DNA of 64,000 bases, taken from contig OY762926.1 of NCBI GenBank assembly GCA_963666735.1, positions 2,144,001 to 2,208,000 of the forward strand, in the 5' to 3' direction. Positions 1 through 8,361 of the stretch are shown one piece after another. A program made the position numbers and the translations under genes. The DNA comes from Gemmatimonadota bacterium. Lineage in GTDB: Bacteria; Gemmatimonadota; Gemmatimonadetes; Palauibacterales; Palauibacteraceae. Within the stretch, counting starts at the first letter, position 1. Each line of letters begins with the position of its first letter. The notes below the pieces were generated by a model. The model did not search any database. It saw nothing but the letters and a program-made list of their open reading frames with translations, and had not been told where the DNA came from.

Positions 1-1179
1 CTCTCGGCTATCGCGTCCGGACGGCACCTGCACGAGATCGCCGACCTCGGCAAGAGGGCCGCCCTCAACGTTCGCGGCGGCCTCCAGGCCTGCGTGCGAT
101 ACGGCGGCGAGACTCTTACGCTATCCTTCCGTTCCAATACCAAGTGGCAGAGCCGGAAGCGCGGAATCCGATATAGCGTATCAGTGAAGCCCCGCCCGGA
201 GCCGCGGATCTTCTCCGAGTCGCTGGGGCTCCCGGGTAACGACGCAACCTCCGCCGACGATACGATGCTGTTCGAAACCCTAGGGATCGACGGCCCTGGT
301 TCTGCGGACATTCGCGTCCGATACAACAACTTTGCGCAGGGCCCTCACAAGCCCCAGGTGAGCGTCTCCGCCACGCGTTCGGTGCTGTCGCAGTACGAAC
401 GGTTCGCCTTGAAGAACCGGCTACTAGATGCCTCGCTCAAGCAAATCTCGGGTCTACGTCGGTACCTAGCCGCCTCCTTCATGTTCGACCCAAGACCGCA
501 GGCGATGCGCGGGTATGAGCGAATCGGAAGCGAAGTCCTCCTCCGTGACGGGTCCAACCTGTCCTCGGTCCTCTTCGGCCTCCACAGCAATGGGACGGCG
601 GGGAGGGAGATCCTGGACTCGTTGTTCGAATACATCCGTTGTGTCCCAGAGGAGTCGTACAGCAAGTTCGAGTTCGTGGAGACCGAACTCGGCGACGTGA
701 TGCTCGGCATGCGGGAACAGGGTTCCGGCCTGCTCACCGTCGCCCGAGTTCTCTCCGATGGCACGCTTCGTGCCCTCGCCGTACTTACGGCCGTAGCGAC
801 CAGCCCGGAGGGGTCGCGCGTGGTGGTCGAGGAGTTCGACAACGGCCTCCATCCGAGCCGCGTGTCGGCACTCGTCGCGGCCATCGCGGACATGGGCGCC
901 AAGCGCAGCGTCTACGTGGTGCTCACCACTCACAATCCGGTCACGCTCGACTCCCTGACGGATGATCAGCAACAGGGCGTTGTCGTTGCGTTTCGATCTC
1001 TGAAGGACGGGAGCAGCCAACTACGCCGGTTGGTGAACCTCCCTCGCCACGACGAGTTGCTTGAGCGGGGCACTCTGGGCGGCCTGGTGACGCGCCGAAT
1101 CATCGATCAGTACCTCAGCGACGACCTCGACCAGGTCCGCGCCAAGCAAATGCGACGCTGGCTGGAGGAACTCGAGTAG
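1..1179 (+). CDS. ABC-type/AAA_21 ATPase (5' end outside window)
   Basis: Frame open from base 1. ABC signature LSDGT, Walker B/D-loop VVVEEFDNGLHP, H-loop LTTHNP. Walker A not seen, presumably upstream of the window. Confidence 0.85.
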   Translation, partial: LSAIASGRHLHEIADLGKRAALNVRGGLQACVRYGGETLTLSFRSNTKWQSRKRGIRYSVSVKPRPEPRIFSESLGLPGNDATSADDTMLFETLGIDGPGSADIRVRYNNFAQGPHKPQVSVSATRSVLSQYERFALKNRLLDASLKQISGLRRYLAASFMFDPRPQAMRGYERIGSEVLLRDGSNLSSVLFGLHSNGTAGREILDSLFEYIRCVPEESYSKFEFVETELGDVMLGMREQGSGLLTVARVLSDGTLRALAVLTAVATSPEGSRVVVEEFDNGLHPSRVSALVAAIADMGAKRSVYVVLTTHNPVTLDSLTDDQQQGVVVAFRSLKDGSSQLRRLVNLPRHDELLERGTLGGLVTRRIIDQYLSDDLDQVRAKQMRRWLEELE

Positions 1180-1667
1180 TGCGGACCGTCTTCGTGCTCG
1201 ACACCAGCTATCTTTGCGAGTTGTATCGGGTTCCCGGCTTCCACCGGCCGGAGTTGTCGAAGCGGATCAAGGAACGTATACGGCAGCATGAGACGAGCCA
1301 GTTCTACGTGCCGCTGGCGTGCCTGTACGAGCTTTGTGATCACATCGGCGACGTCACCGATGGCCGGCGGAGGCAGGAGATCGCCCTCAAGGTCGTTGCC
1401 CATGTCGAGGCCAGTGCGGCGGACGCTGGGCCGTGGCTCATCGTCCCGGCGGTGGATGTCAAGGCTAAACTGCCGCAATTGTTGCGGGATTTCTTGGCGG
1501 ACCCCCTCCGCCTACAAATGGGCTTGACGGACTCCACGATTGTGAGCGAGGCGCATCGCCTCAAGGAAAAGTACTCCGCTTCTCTCGACTACCGCGTCCA
1601 CATCTGGACTACGGACACGACACTCAAGGCACACGAGCCGGACGCGGAACTCGACCCGCTGCTTTAG
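1179..1667 (+). CDS. PIN-like domain protein
   Basis: N-terminal VLDTSYL, internal LYE, GLTDS and IWTTD match the PIN acidic pattern. GTG start overlaps the ATPase TAG by 1 nt. Confidence 0.7.
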   Translation: MRTVFVLDTSYLCELYRVPGFHRPELSKRIKERIRQHETSQFYVPLACLYELCDHIGDVTDGRRRQEIALKVVAHVEASAADAGPWLIVPAVDVKAKLPQLLRDFLADPLRLQMGLTDSTIVSEAHRLKEKYSASLDYRVHIWTTDTTLKAHEPDAELDPLL

Positions 1668-1680
1668 AGAAGCCGCCCCT

Positions 1681-1950
1681 TTAGTCCAGGTCGACGCCGC
1701 GGCTGATGCGGAAGACGTGACCATCCGGATGGCGCACATGCATTTCGCGCACGCCCCACGGCATGTCCGTGGGCGGCCATGTGACGTCGAGGCCCTGCTC
1801 GACGCACCGCTCATGCACCGCGTCGACATCGTCCACCCAGACCGACATCCACGCGCCCTTGTCGGCCCCGTCGTCGCCGCCGGGGCCGAACGTCCTTTCG
1901 ACATCGCTACGGCCCCGGCCGCCTTGGGCGTTCCGGCACAGGAAGATAGT
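1681..1950 (-). pseudogene. VOC/glyoxalase-bleomycin resistance family, C-terminal remnant
   Basis: IFLC...WMSVWVDDVDAVHERC...PPTDMPWGVREMHVRHPDGHVFRI is a VOC C-terminal half. It begins about 20 nt after the mdh stop, and the nearby ATGs are out of frame. Confidence 0.65.
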
Positions 1951-1970
1951 CCATCGGCTCCATTGGCCGC

Positions 1971-2951
1971 CTACCCCAGGAGGGCGGCGACGGCTTCGCG
2001 TTCGGCGCGGAGTTCCGCGTCCGTCACCTCCATGCGCGAACGACTGAACTCGCCCACGTCGAGGCCCTCGACCACGGTATAGTCGCCGTCCGCACACGTC
2101 ACCGGATGTGAGTAGACCACGCCTTCGGCCACGCCGTAGCGGCCATCCGCGTGCACGGCCATGCTCGTCCAATCCCCCTCCGGCGTGCCGTGTACCCACG
2201 TCCGCACGTGGTCGATCGCGGCCGACGACGCCGAAGCCGCGGACGAGGCGCCGCGCGCCTGGATGATCTCGGCGCCCCGCTTCTGCACCTTCGGGATGAA
2301 CGTGTCCCGATACCAGGTCTCGTCGACGAGATCGAGCGCCGGCGCGCCCGCCACCGTGCACCGGCTGATGTCGGGGTACTGCGTGGCGGAGTGGTTGCCC
2401 CAGATCGTCATGCGCCGGATCTCCGTCGCGTGCGTCCCCGTCTTCTCGGCCAACTGGCTGATCGCGCGGTTGTGGTCGAGGCGGGTCATGGCCGCAAACT
2501 GCCGGCGGTCCAGCTTCGGCGCGTTCGCGGCGGCAATCAGGCAGTTCGTGTTCGCCGGGTTCCCGACCACGAGGACGCGCACGTCGGGCGAGGCGTGATC
2601 GCTCAGCGCGCGCCCCTGCGGGCCGAAGATCCTCCCGTTGTCGGCCAGCAGGTCGCCGCGTTCCATCCCCGGTCCGCGCGGCTTGGCGCCCACGAGCAGC
2701 GCGTAGTCGACGCCCTCGAACCCCTCGTTCACATCCGCCGTCCCGACGACGCCGCGCAGGAGCGGAAAGGCGCAGTCGTTGAGTTCCATCTCGACACCGC
2801 GCAGCGCATCGAGTGCGGGCGGGATCTCCAGGAGTTGCAGGGTGACGGCCCGGTCGGCCCCGAGCATGTCCCCCGCCGCGATCCGGAAAGCGAGGGCGTA
2901 TCCGATATTTCCTGCGGCCCCCGTGATGGCGACCCGCGCTGGTGCAGTCAT
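1971..2951 (-). CDS. mdh: malate dehydrogenase (type 2)
   Basis: [52 protein letters not shown] before ATG 2951. Confidence 0.97.
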   Translation of the reverse strand: MTAPARVAITGAAGNIGYALAFRIAAGDMLGADRAVTLQLLEIPPALDALRGVEMELNDCAFPLLRGVVGTADVNEGFEGVDYALLVGAKPRGPGMERGDLLADNGRIFGPQGRALSDHASPDVRVLVVGNPANTNCLIAAANAPKLDRRQFAAMTRLDHNRAISQLAEKTGTHATEIRRMTIWGNHSATQYPDISRCTVAGAPALDLVDETWYRDTFIPKVQKRGAEIIQARGASSAASASSAAIDHVRTWVHGTPEGDWTSMAVHADGRYGVAEGVVYSHPVTCADGDYTVVEGLDVGEFSRSRMEVTDAELRAEREAVAALLG

Positions 2952-3184
2952 GTCGTCTCCGCACGTTGTGTTTGAAGTTGTGTTTGAATCTGTTCCCGGC
3001 ACCGATATGCTCGGGGGAGCGCCAAACTCACAGGAGCGACTCCTCAAGTCCAGCGCGGACCCGGGCCGGCGCGGCGGAAGGGGTGTGCGCGGTCTCGCGC
3101 CGGGGACCACGGCGTGGCAAGCTTCGGCGCTTCTCGAACCCCGGGGGGATTTCCATCCGCGACCTCACTCGCGACCACGCCCAC

Positions 3185-3709
3185 ATGACTCGGCTGATGG
3201 CGGCGCTGCTCGCGCTTTGCATCGTCCTGCTCGGCCTGCTCCTGGTGGCGGTCCTCGCGGGGGCCGGCCGCGCCGCCGCGCTCCCCCATCCGGCGCACGC
3301 GCCCATGCTGGTCGGGGTCGACGCGGGCGAACTCGGCGCGCCGGCGTGGGCCGCGTATGTCGCCGGCGGCGTCATGCTCGGGACCATGTGGGTCACGATG
3401 CTGATCGGGTTCCGCCACGGACACTGGATTCATCGCGCGGTCAACGCGTGGATGGCCGGCTACGTCCTCCTCTTCGTCATCCTCATGTGGTCCTTCGGCG
3501 CCTATGCCGCCGGCCGCACGACGATCGTCCTGGGTTTCACGGCTCCGGCTTCCCTGCTGGTGTACGGGCTCACGCTCGCGCCGTGGATCCCTCTGCTGGC
3601 GATCACCTGGAAGTTCGAGGACGCCTACTTCGGCCCCGACGAACAGGCTCGTTTCGATGACATCGTGGCGGAGGCGAAGGACCGAAGCCGGTCCCGGGAC
3701 GAGAGCTAG
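3185..3709 (+). CDS. hypothetical multi-pass membrane protein
   Basis: About four hydrophobic segments. Ends 6 nt before the SSS transporter. Start uncertain. Confidence 0.65.
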   Translation: MTRLMAALLALCIVLLGLLLVAVLAGAGRAAALPHPAHAPMLVGVDAGELGAPAWAAYVAGGVMLGTMWVTMLIGFRHGHWIHRAVNAWMAGYVLLFVILMWSFGAYAAGRTTIVLGFTAPASLLVYGLTLAPWIPLLAITWKFEDAYFGPDEQARFDDIVAEAKDRSRSRDES

Positions 3710-3715
3710 CGGCCC

Positions 3716-5200
3716 GTGGAGGAATACCGCGCCCTGATCACGCTGCTCGCGGTCATCGCGTATCTGGCGCTCTGCGTCGGCATCGGACTGTGGTCGCTCC
3801 GGCGCACGAAGTCGGCCGGCGACTTCTTCGTGGCGGGACGCAGGCTGGGGATGTTCGTCACCGCGTTCGCGATCTTTTCGAGCACGATGAGCGGGTTCGG
3901 CTTCGTGGGCGGCCCCGGCCTCATGTACTCGATGGGGACGAGTTCGATCTGGATTCTCGGCACGATCGTCATCTCCAACATCATCGTGCTGAACCTGGTG
4001 GCGAAGCGCATCCGCATGGTGTCCGAGCTTCGCGAATGCGTATCGCTGCCGGACGTGGCGGCTGCCCGCTACGGCAGACGGTCGGTGCGCGCGTCCGTGG
4101 CGGTCGTGATCCTGCTCGGCGTGCTGGGATACCTCGCGACGCAGATCCTGGCGATGTCGATCGTGCTGCAGGGCGTGCTGTCCGACGCGGGCGTGTTCCA
4201 GCAGCCGAGCCTCGCGCTCTGCGTCGCAATCTCCTGCTCCGTCCTCATCTTCTATTCGGTCACCGGAGGGATCGTCGCGTCGGTCTATACGGACGTGATC
4301 CAGGGCGCGATCATGATCGTCGCCTCCTCGCTCGTGTTCATCACCGTGCTCGGCACGTTCGACGGCGGACTGGGCGAGATCAGCCGGATCGTGGCGGCGG
4401 ACGATCGCGCGGCGGGCGGACCCTGGGGCACGATCGGCATCATGGGCGCGCTCGCCTGGTTCTTCGTGTTCGGCATCGGCGTGGGCGGGCAGCCGCACAT
4501 CATCACGAAATTCATGATGCTCAAGAGCCTGAAGGAACTGCGCTACGTGATCCCGCTCGGCGTCCTCGCCTACAGCTTCGCGGCGCTGCTCTGGATCGGG
4601 ATCGGCTTCGCGATGCGCGCGCTGGTGATTACGGGCGCGCATCCCGCGCTCGCGACCCCGGACGCCGCCTCGGCGGAGTTCCTGCAGACCTTCACGCACC
4701 CGCTGCTCGCGGGCGTCGTCTTCGCGGCGCTGCTCGCGGCGATCATGTCCACCGCGGACGCGTTCCTTAACATCGGCGCCGCCGCCGTCATGCACGATCT
4801 GCCGATCGCGATCCGGGGGCGTTCCCTCGGGAACGAGCTCGTGTGGGCGCGGGTCATCACCGCCGTACTCGCGCTCGCGGCCGCGCTCATCGCGCTCTAT
4901 TCGGGCGATCTCGTGGCGCTTCTCGGCGCCTTCGGCTGGGGGACGTTCGCGGCCGGTCTCCTCCCGGTCCTCGCGATCGGGCTGAACTGGAAACGGGCCA
5001 ATGCGCTCGCCGCCAACGTCGCGATCGTCAGCAGCCTCATCGTCAACTTCGGCCTCCGGGGCCTCGGCATCCGCCTTCCCTACGGCGTCGACCACGGCGC
5101 CGCCGCGCTCGTCGTGTCTCTCGTCCTCTTCCTCTCCATCTCCTTCCTCACCAGACCCGAGCCCATTCCGCGGGACATCCGGCGGGTGATGGACCTCTGA
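3716..5200 (+). CDS. sodium:solute symporter (SSS; PutP/PanF-like)
   Basis: DFFVAGRRLG, SGFGFVGGPG, GGIVASVYTDVIQG, GQPH, LLAAIMSTAD; about 13 TM segments. Confidence 0.92.
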   Translation: MEEYRALITLLAVIAYLALCVGIGLWSLRRTKSAGDFFVAGRRLGMFVTAFAIFSSTMSGFGFVGGPGLMYSMGTSSIWILGTIVISNIIVLNLVAKRIRMVSELRECVSLPDVAAARYGRRSVRASVAVVILLGVLGYLATQILAMSIVLQGVLSDAGVFQQPSLALCVAISCSVLIFYSVTGGIVASVYTDVIQGAIMIVASSLVFITVLGTFDGGLGEISRIVAADDRAAGGPWGTIGIMGALAWFFVFGIGVGGQPHIITKFMMLKSLKELRYVIPLGVLAYSFAALLWIGIGFAMRALVITGAHPALATPDAASAEFLQTFTHPLLAGVVFAALLAAIMSTADAFLNIGAAAVMHDLPIAIRGRSLGNELVWARVITAVLALAAALIALYSGDLVALLGAFGWGTFAAGLLPVLAIGLNWKRANALAANVAIVSSLIVNFGLRGLGIRLPYGVDHGAAALVVSLVLFLSISFLTRPEPIPRDIRRVMDL

Positions 5201-5287
5201 CCCCGGTGCCCCGATCCTCGCCATGAAAGACCGTAACCTGTCTTGATTCCATCGTTTGCGAATGATGCCGAGCGGGATGCATATTCG

Positions 5288-5318
5288 GGACATATCGGTG
5301 GACATACTGGTGGACATA
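5288..5318. repeat. three GGACATA direct repeats at 12-bp period upstream of fic
   Basis: GGACATA at 5288, 5300 and 5312. Confidence 0.8.
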
Positions 5319-5363
5319 TCCTGGCACTTAATCTTCGTGACGTCGTCACTGGGGGATACGATC

Positions 5364-6557
5364 GTGGACGAACGCGCGTACGAGCGGAGTCACCCGTGGA
5401 TCAGTTTCCGCCCGGGCCTCGCGAGAGCCACGCCGCAGCTCTGGTCTTTGCTCGGTCAGGCGGCGGCTCGCTGCGAACAGGTCGCCCGGGCGGTCCTGCC
5501 TCCGGCCGCCGCGGCGGAGATGCATAAGCTCTACCTGATCAAGGGTGCCCGCGCGACTACGGCCATCGAGGGGAACACGCTCACCGAAGAGCAGGTGCGG
5601 GACAGACTCGATGGACAACTCGAACTTCCGATATCGCAGGAGTACCTGGGCCGGGAAGTCGACAACATCCTCCGAGCCTGCGAAGACATCTTCGGGCGGG
5701 TCATCGCCCCGGAGCCAATACGCCTGACCCCGGACTGGATTCGCGAGGCCAACCGCCTCGTCCTCGCCGGATTGGAGGAGCACCTGAAGGAAGGCGTCGT
5801 ACCGGGGGACGTGCCCCCGTTCTCCGTCGGGGTCGCCAGGTACCCGGGAGCGCCACGGGAGGACTGCCGGTTTCTGCTCGAACGGCTGTGCGAGTGGTTG
5901 GAGGAAGATGCGGTCTGGCCGGAGCTTCAGGAACATCTGGGCAGCGCGGTCGCCGTGGCGCTTCTCCGTGCGATCTTCGCACATTTGTATATTGCTTGGA
6001 TCCATCCATTCGGCGATGGGAACGGCCGCACGGCGCGGCTCGCGGAGTTCCTCATCCTGTCAGGGGCCGGTGTTCCCTCTCCCGCCACCCATCTCCTCAG
6101 CAACCACTACAATCTCACGCGCGCGGACTACTACCGGCAGCTGGACCGTTCGAGCCGCGCCAACGGCGGCCGGGGGGACGCACTGGGGTTCATCGTCTAT
6201 TCGCTTCAGGGATTCCTGGACGGCCTCGAGGAACAGTGCCGTTACGTGGAGGAAGTGCAGTCGTGGCTGGCATGGGAACATTACGTTTATTGGAGGTTCC
6301 GGCTCCATCCCCGTTCACCTGCCATGAACCGGCGCCGGGAAGTGGTCCTCGTTCTGGGACGGCACGCGAAGCCGGTGAGGAAGCGCGAGATTCCCGATCT
6401 CGCTCCTGCCCTGGCGCGGCTCTATTCCACGAAGACCGCAAAGACGCTCACCCGAGATCTTAACTGGCTCCTGGCGAACGAACTGTTAGAGAAGGAGGCG
6501 GCTTCATATCGCGCTCCCGTCCACATGATGCAGCAGTTCCTTCCCGTGCGAGCGTAG
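5364..6557 (+). CDS. Fic family protein (class II-like) with probable C-terminal wHTH
   Basis: Canonical HPFGDGNGRTAR and N-terminal inhibitory-type motif TTAIEGN. GTG 5364 follows GGGGGA. Confidence 0.92.
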   Translation: MDERAYERSHPWISFRPGLARATPQLWSLLGQAAARCEQVARAVLPPAAAAEMHKLYLIKGARATTAIEGNTLTEEQVRDRLDGQLELPISQEYLGREVDNILRACEDIFGRVIAPEPIRLTPDWIREANRLVLAGLEEHLKEGVVPGDVPPFSVGVARYPGAPREDCRFLLERLCEWLEEDAVWPELQEHLGSAVAVALLRAIFAHLYIAWIHPFGDGNGRTARLAEFLILSGAGVPSPATHLLSNHYNLTRADYYRQLDRSSRANGGRGDALGFIVYSLQGFLDGLEEQCRYVEEVQSWLAWEHYVYWRFRLHPRSPAMNRRREVVLVLGRHAKPVRKREIPDLAPALARLYSTKTAKTLTRDLNWLLANELLEKEAASYRAPVHMMQQFLPVRA

Positions 6558-6658
6558 CATCCCGCGGCGTCCCGAAACCTCCGGCCGAGGAGCCCGTAGA
6601 CTCTGCGGAAGGCCCGGTCCGCGCCGGGCCGTCCAGGACGACGAGGGGTCTGCGAAGG

Positions 6659-7567
6659 ATGTCCAAGAACACCGTAGCTCATCTTTCCGGCGTGACCCAT
6701 CGATACGGATCCGTGACCGCGTTGGAGGAGGTGGATCTCGAGATCCGGCGCGGCGAGGTGCTGGCGGTGCTGGGTCCCAACGGCGCCGGCAAGACGACCG
6801 CGATCCATCTGCTGCTCGGGAGCCTGCCCGTGCAGACCGGAGCAGCGACCGTCTTCGGGCGGCGACCCGACGCTCCCGGGGTTCGAGCGCGCCGTGGCGC
6901 GATGCTCCAGATCTCCGGGGTACCCGACACGCTGACCGTAGGCGAACACCTCGACCTGTTCCGCGCCTACTATCCCGCTCCGCTCCCGGCTTCCCGTCTG
7001 CTCGCCATGGCGGGGATCGAGGGACTGGAGAGGCGGAGGTTCGGCAAGCTTTCCGGGGGACAGAAGCAGCGGGTCCTGTTCGCGCTTGCCCTGTGCGGCG
7101 ACCCTCAGCTGGTCTTTCTCGATGAACCCACCGCGGGCCTGGACGTGGCAGTCCGGCGCGGGCTTTGGGAGGAGATTCGCCGGCACCGCGAGTCCGGCCG
7201 GACCACCGTGCTGACGACGCACTACCTGGAGGAGGCCGACGCGCTCGCGGATCGCATCGTCGTCCTCCAGCGCGGGCGCGTCATCGCGGAAGGTCCGCCG
7301 TCGACGATCAAGTCCCGCACCGCCGCGCGCCGGGTCCGCTGCGTGACCCGCGTTACGGCCGGCGCCGTGAGGTCCGTGCCCGGTGTCGTCAGGTCCGCGA
7401 CCCGAGGCCAGCACCTCGAGGTCCTGACCTCCCGCCCCGAGGCGCTGGTGCGCGAACTCCTCGACCGGGATCCCGGCCTCCGCGACCTGACCGTGGTCGG
7501 CGCCGGGCTGGAAGAGGCGTTCCTTGCCCTCACACGAGAGTCCGACGATCCGGAGCCGGTCCGGTGA
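6659..7567 (+). CDS. ABC-2 exporter ATP-binding subunit
   Basis: GPNGAGKT, LSGGQ, FLDEPTAGLD, TTH. Confidence 0.95.
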   Translation: MSKNTVAHLSGVTHRYGSVTALEEVDLEIRRGEVLAVLGPNGAGKTTAIHLLLGSLPVQTGAATVFGRRPDAPGVRARRGAMLQISGVPDTLTVGEHLDLFRAYYPAPLPASRLLAMAGIEGLERRRFGKLSGGQKQRVLFALALCGDPQLVFLDEPTAGLDVAVRRGLWEEIRRHRESGRTTVLTTHYLEEADALADRIVVLQRGRVIAEGPPSTIKSRTAARRVRCVTRVTAGAVRSVPGVVRSATRGQHLEVLTSRPEALVRELLDRDPGLRDLTVVGAGLEEAFLALTRESDDPEPVR

Positions 7568-8361
7568 CGGCGGCGAGACCGGCCCGCCGGTGGCGCATCT
7601 ACGTGTTGGAGGCCCGGTACCAGTTCCTGATGGTGCTGCGGGAGCCCGCCTTCGCGATCCCGACGCTGCTCTTCCCCCTGATCTTCTACCTGTTCTTCGG
7701 CGTGGTCATGGGCGCCGGGAGCCTTTCCGTCGCCGCGCCCACGTACATGCTGGCGACGTACAGCGTCTTCGGGGTCCTGGGCCCTTCGTTGTTCGGTTTC
7801 GGCGCCGGACTCGCCATGGAACGCGACTCGGGCGTCCTCCTCCTCAAACGGACCACGCCGATGCCGGCGGCCGCCTATCTGCTCGCCAAGGTGGCGATGG
7901 CGATCGCCTTCGGAGCCGTTGTCGTCCTGGGGATCTTCCTTCTCGGCGCCTATGGGGCCGGCGTGGTGCTGTACCGCTGGCAATGGTTCGCCCTCGCCGG
8001 AGTCGTGCTCGCCGGAGTGATCCCCTTCTGCGCTCTGGGGCTTGCCGTCGGGGCGTGGTCGAGGGGGCGGGCCGCTGTGGCCATCACCAACCTCGTGTTC
8101 CTTCCCATGGCCATGCTGTCCGGACTCTGGATCCCGATCACGATCTTTCCGGCGGCCCTGCAGGACATCGCCAACGCATTGCCGGCCTATCACCAGGCGC
8201 AGCTTGCGCTCAAGGTCATCGCCATGGATGGGGGACGGCCGACGCTGCTGCACGTCTCGGTGCTCGGCCTTCAATCGCTCGCCTTTCTCGCCGTCGCCGC
8301 ACTCGGGTTCCGGCGGGCGGGAACCGGCGCCGTCTCGATTCGCCCGGGAGGAATGTCATGA
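7564..8361 (+). CDS. ABC-2 exporter permease
   Basis: About 6 TM, ERDSG..LLKRTTP, LSGLWIP; GTGA overlap with the ATPase. Confidence 0.9.
   Translation: MTAARPARRWRIYVLEARYQFLMVLREPAFAIPTLLFPLIFYLFFGVVMGAGSLSVAAPTYMLATYSVFGVLGPSLFGFGAGLAMERDSGVLLLKRTTPMPAAAYLLAKVAMAIAFGAVVVLGIFLLGAYGAGVVLYRWQWFALAGVVLAGVIPFCALGLAVGAWSRGRAAVAITNLVFLPMAMLSGLWIPITIFPAALQDIANALPAYHQAQLALKVIAMDGGRPTLLHVSVLGLQSLAFLAVAALGFRRAGTGAVSIRPGGMS

Noticed and set aside
5243..5290. IPSFANDAERDAY as a CopG/BrnA-like antitoxin fragment
   Set aside because: Too short, no RBS, and the rest of the ORF is not protein-like.
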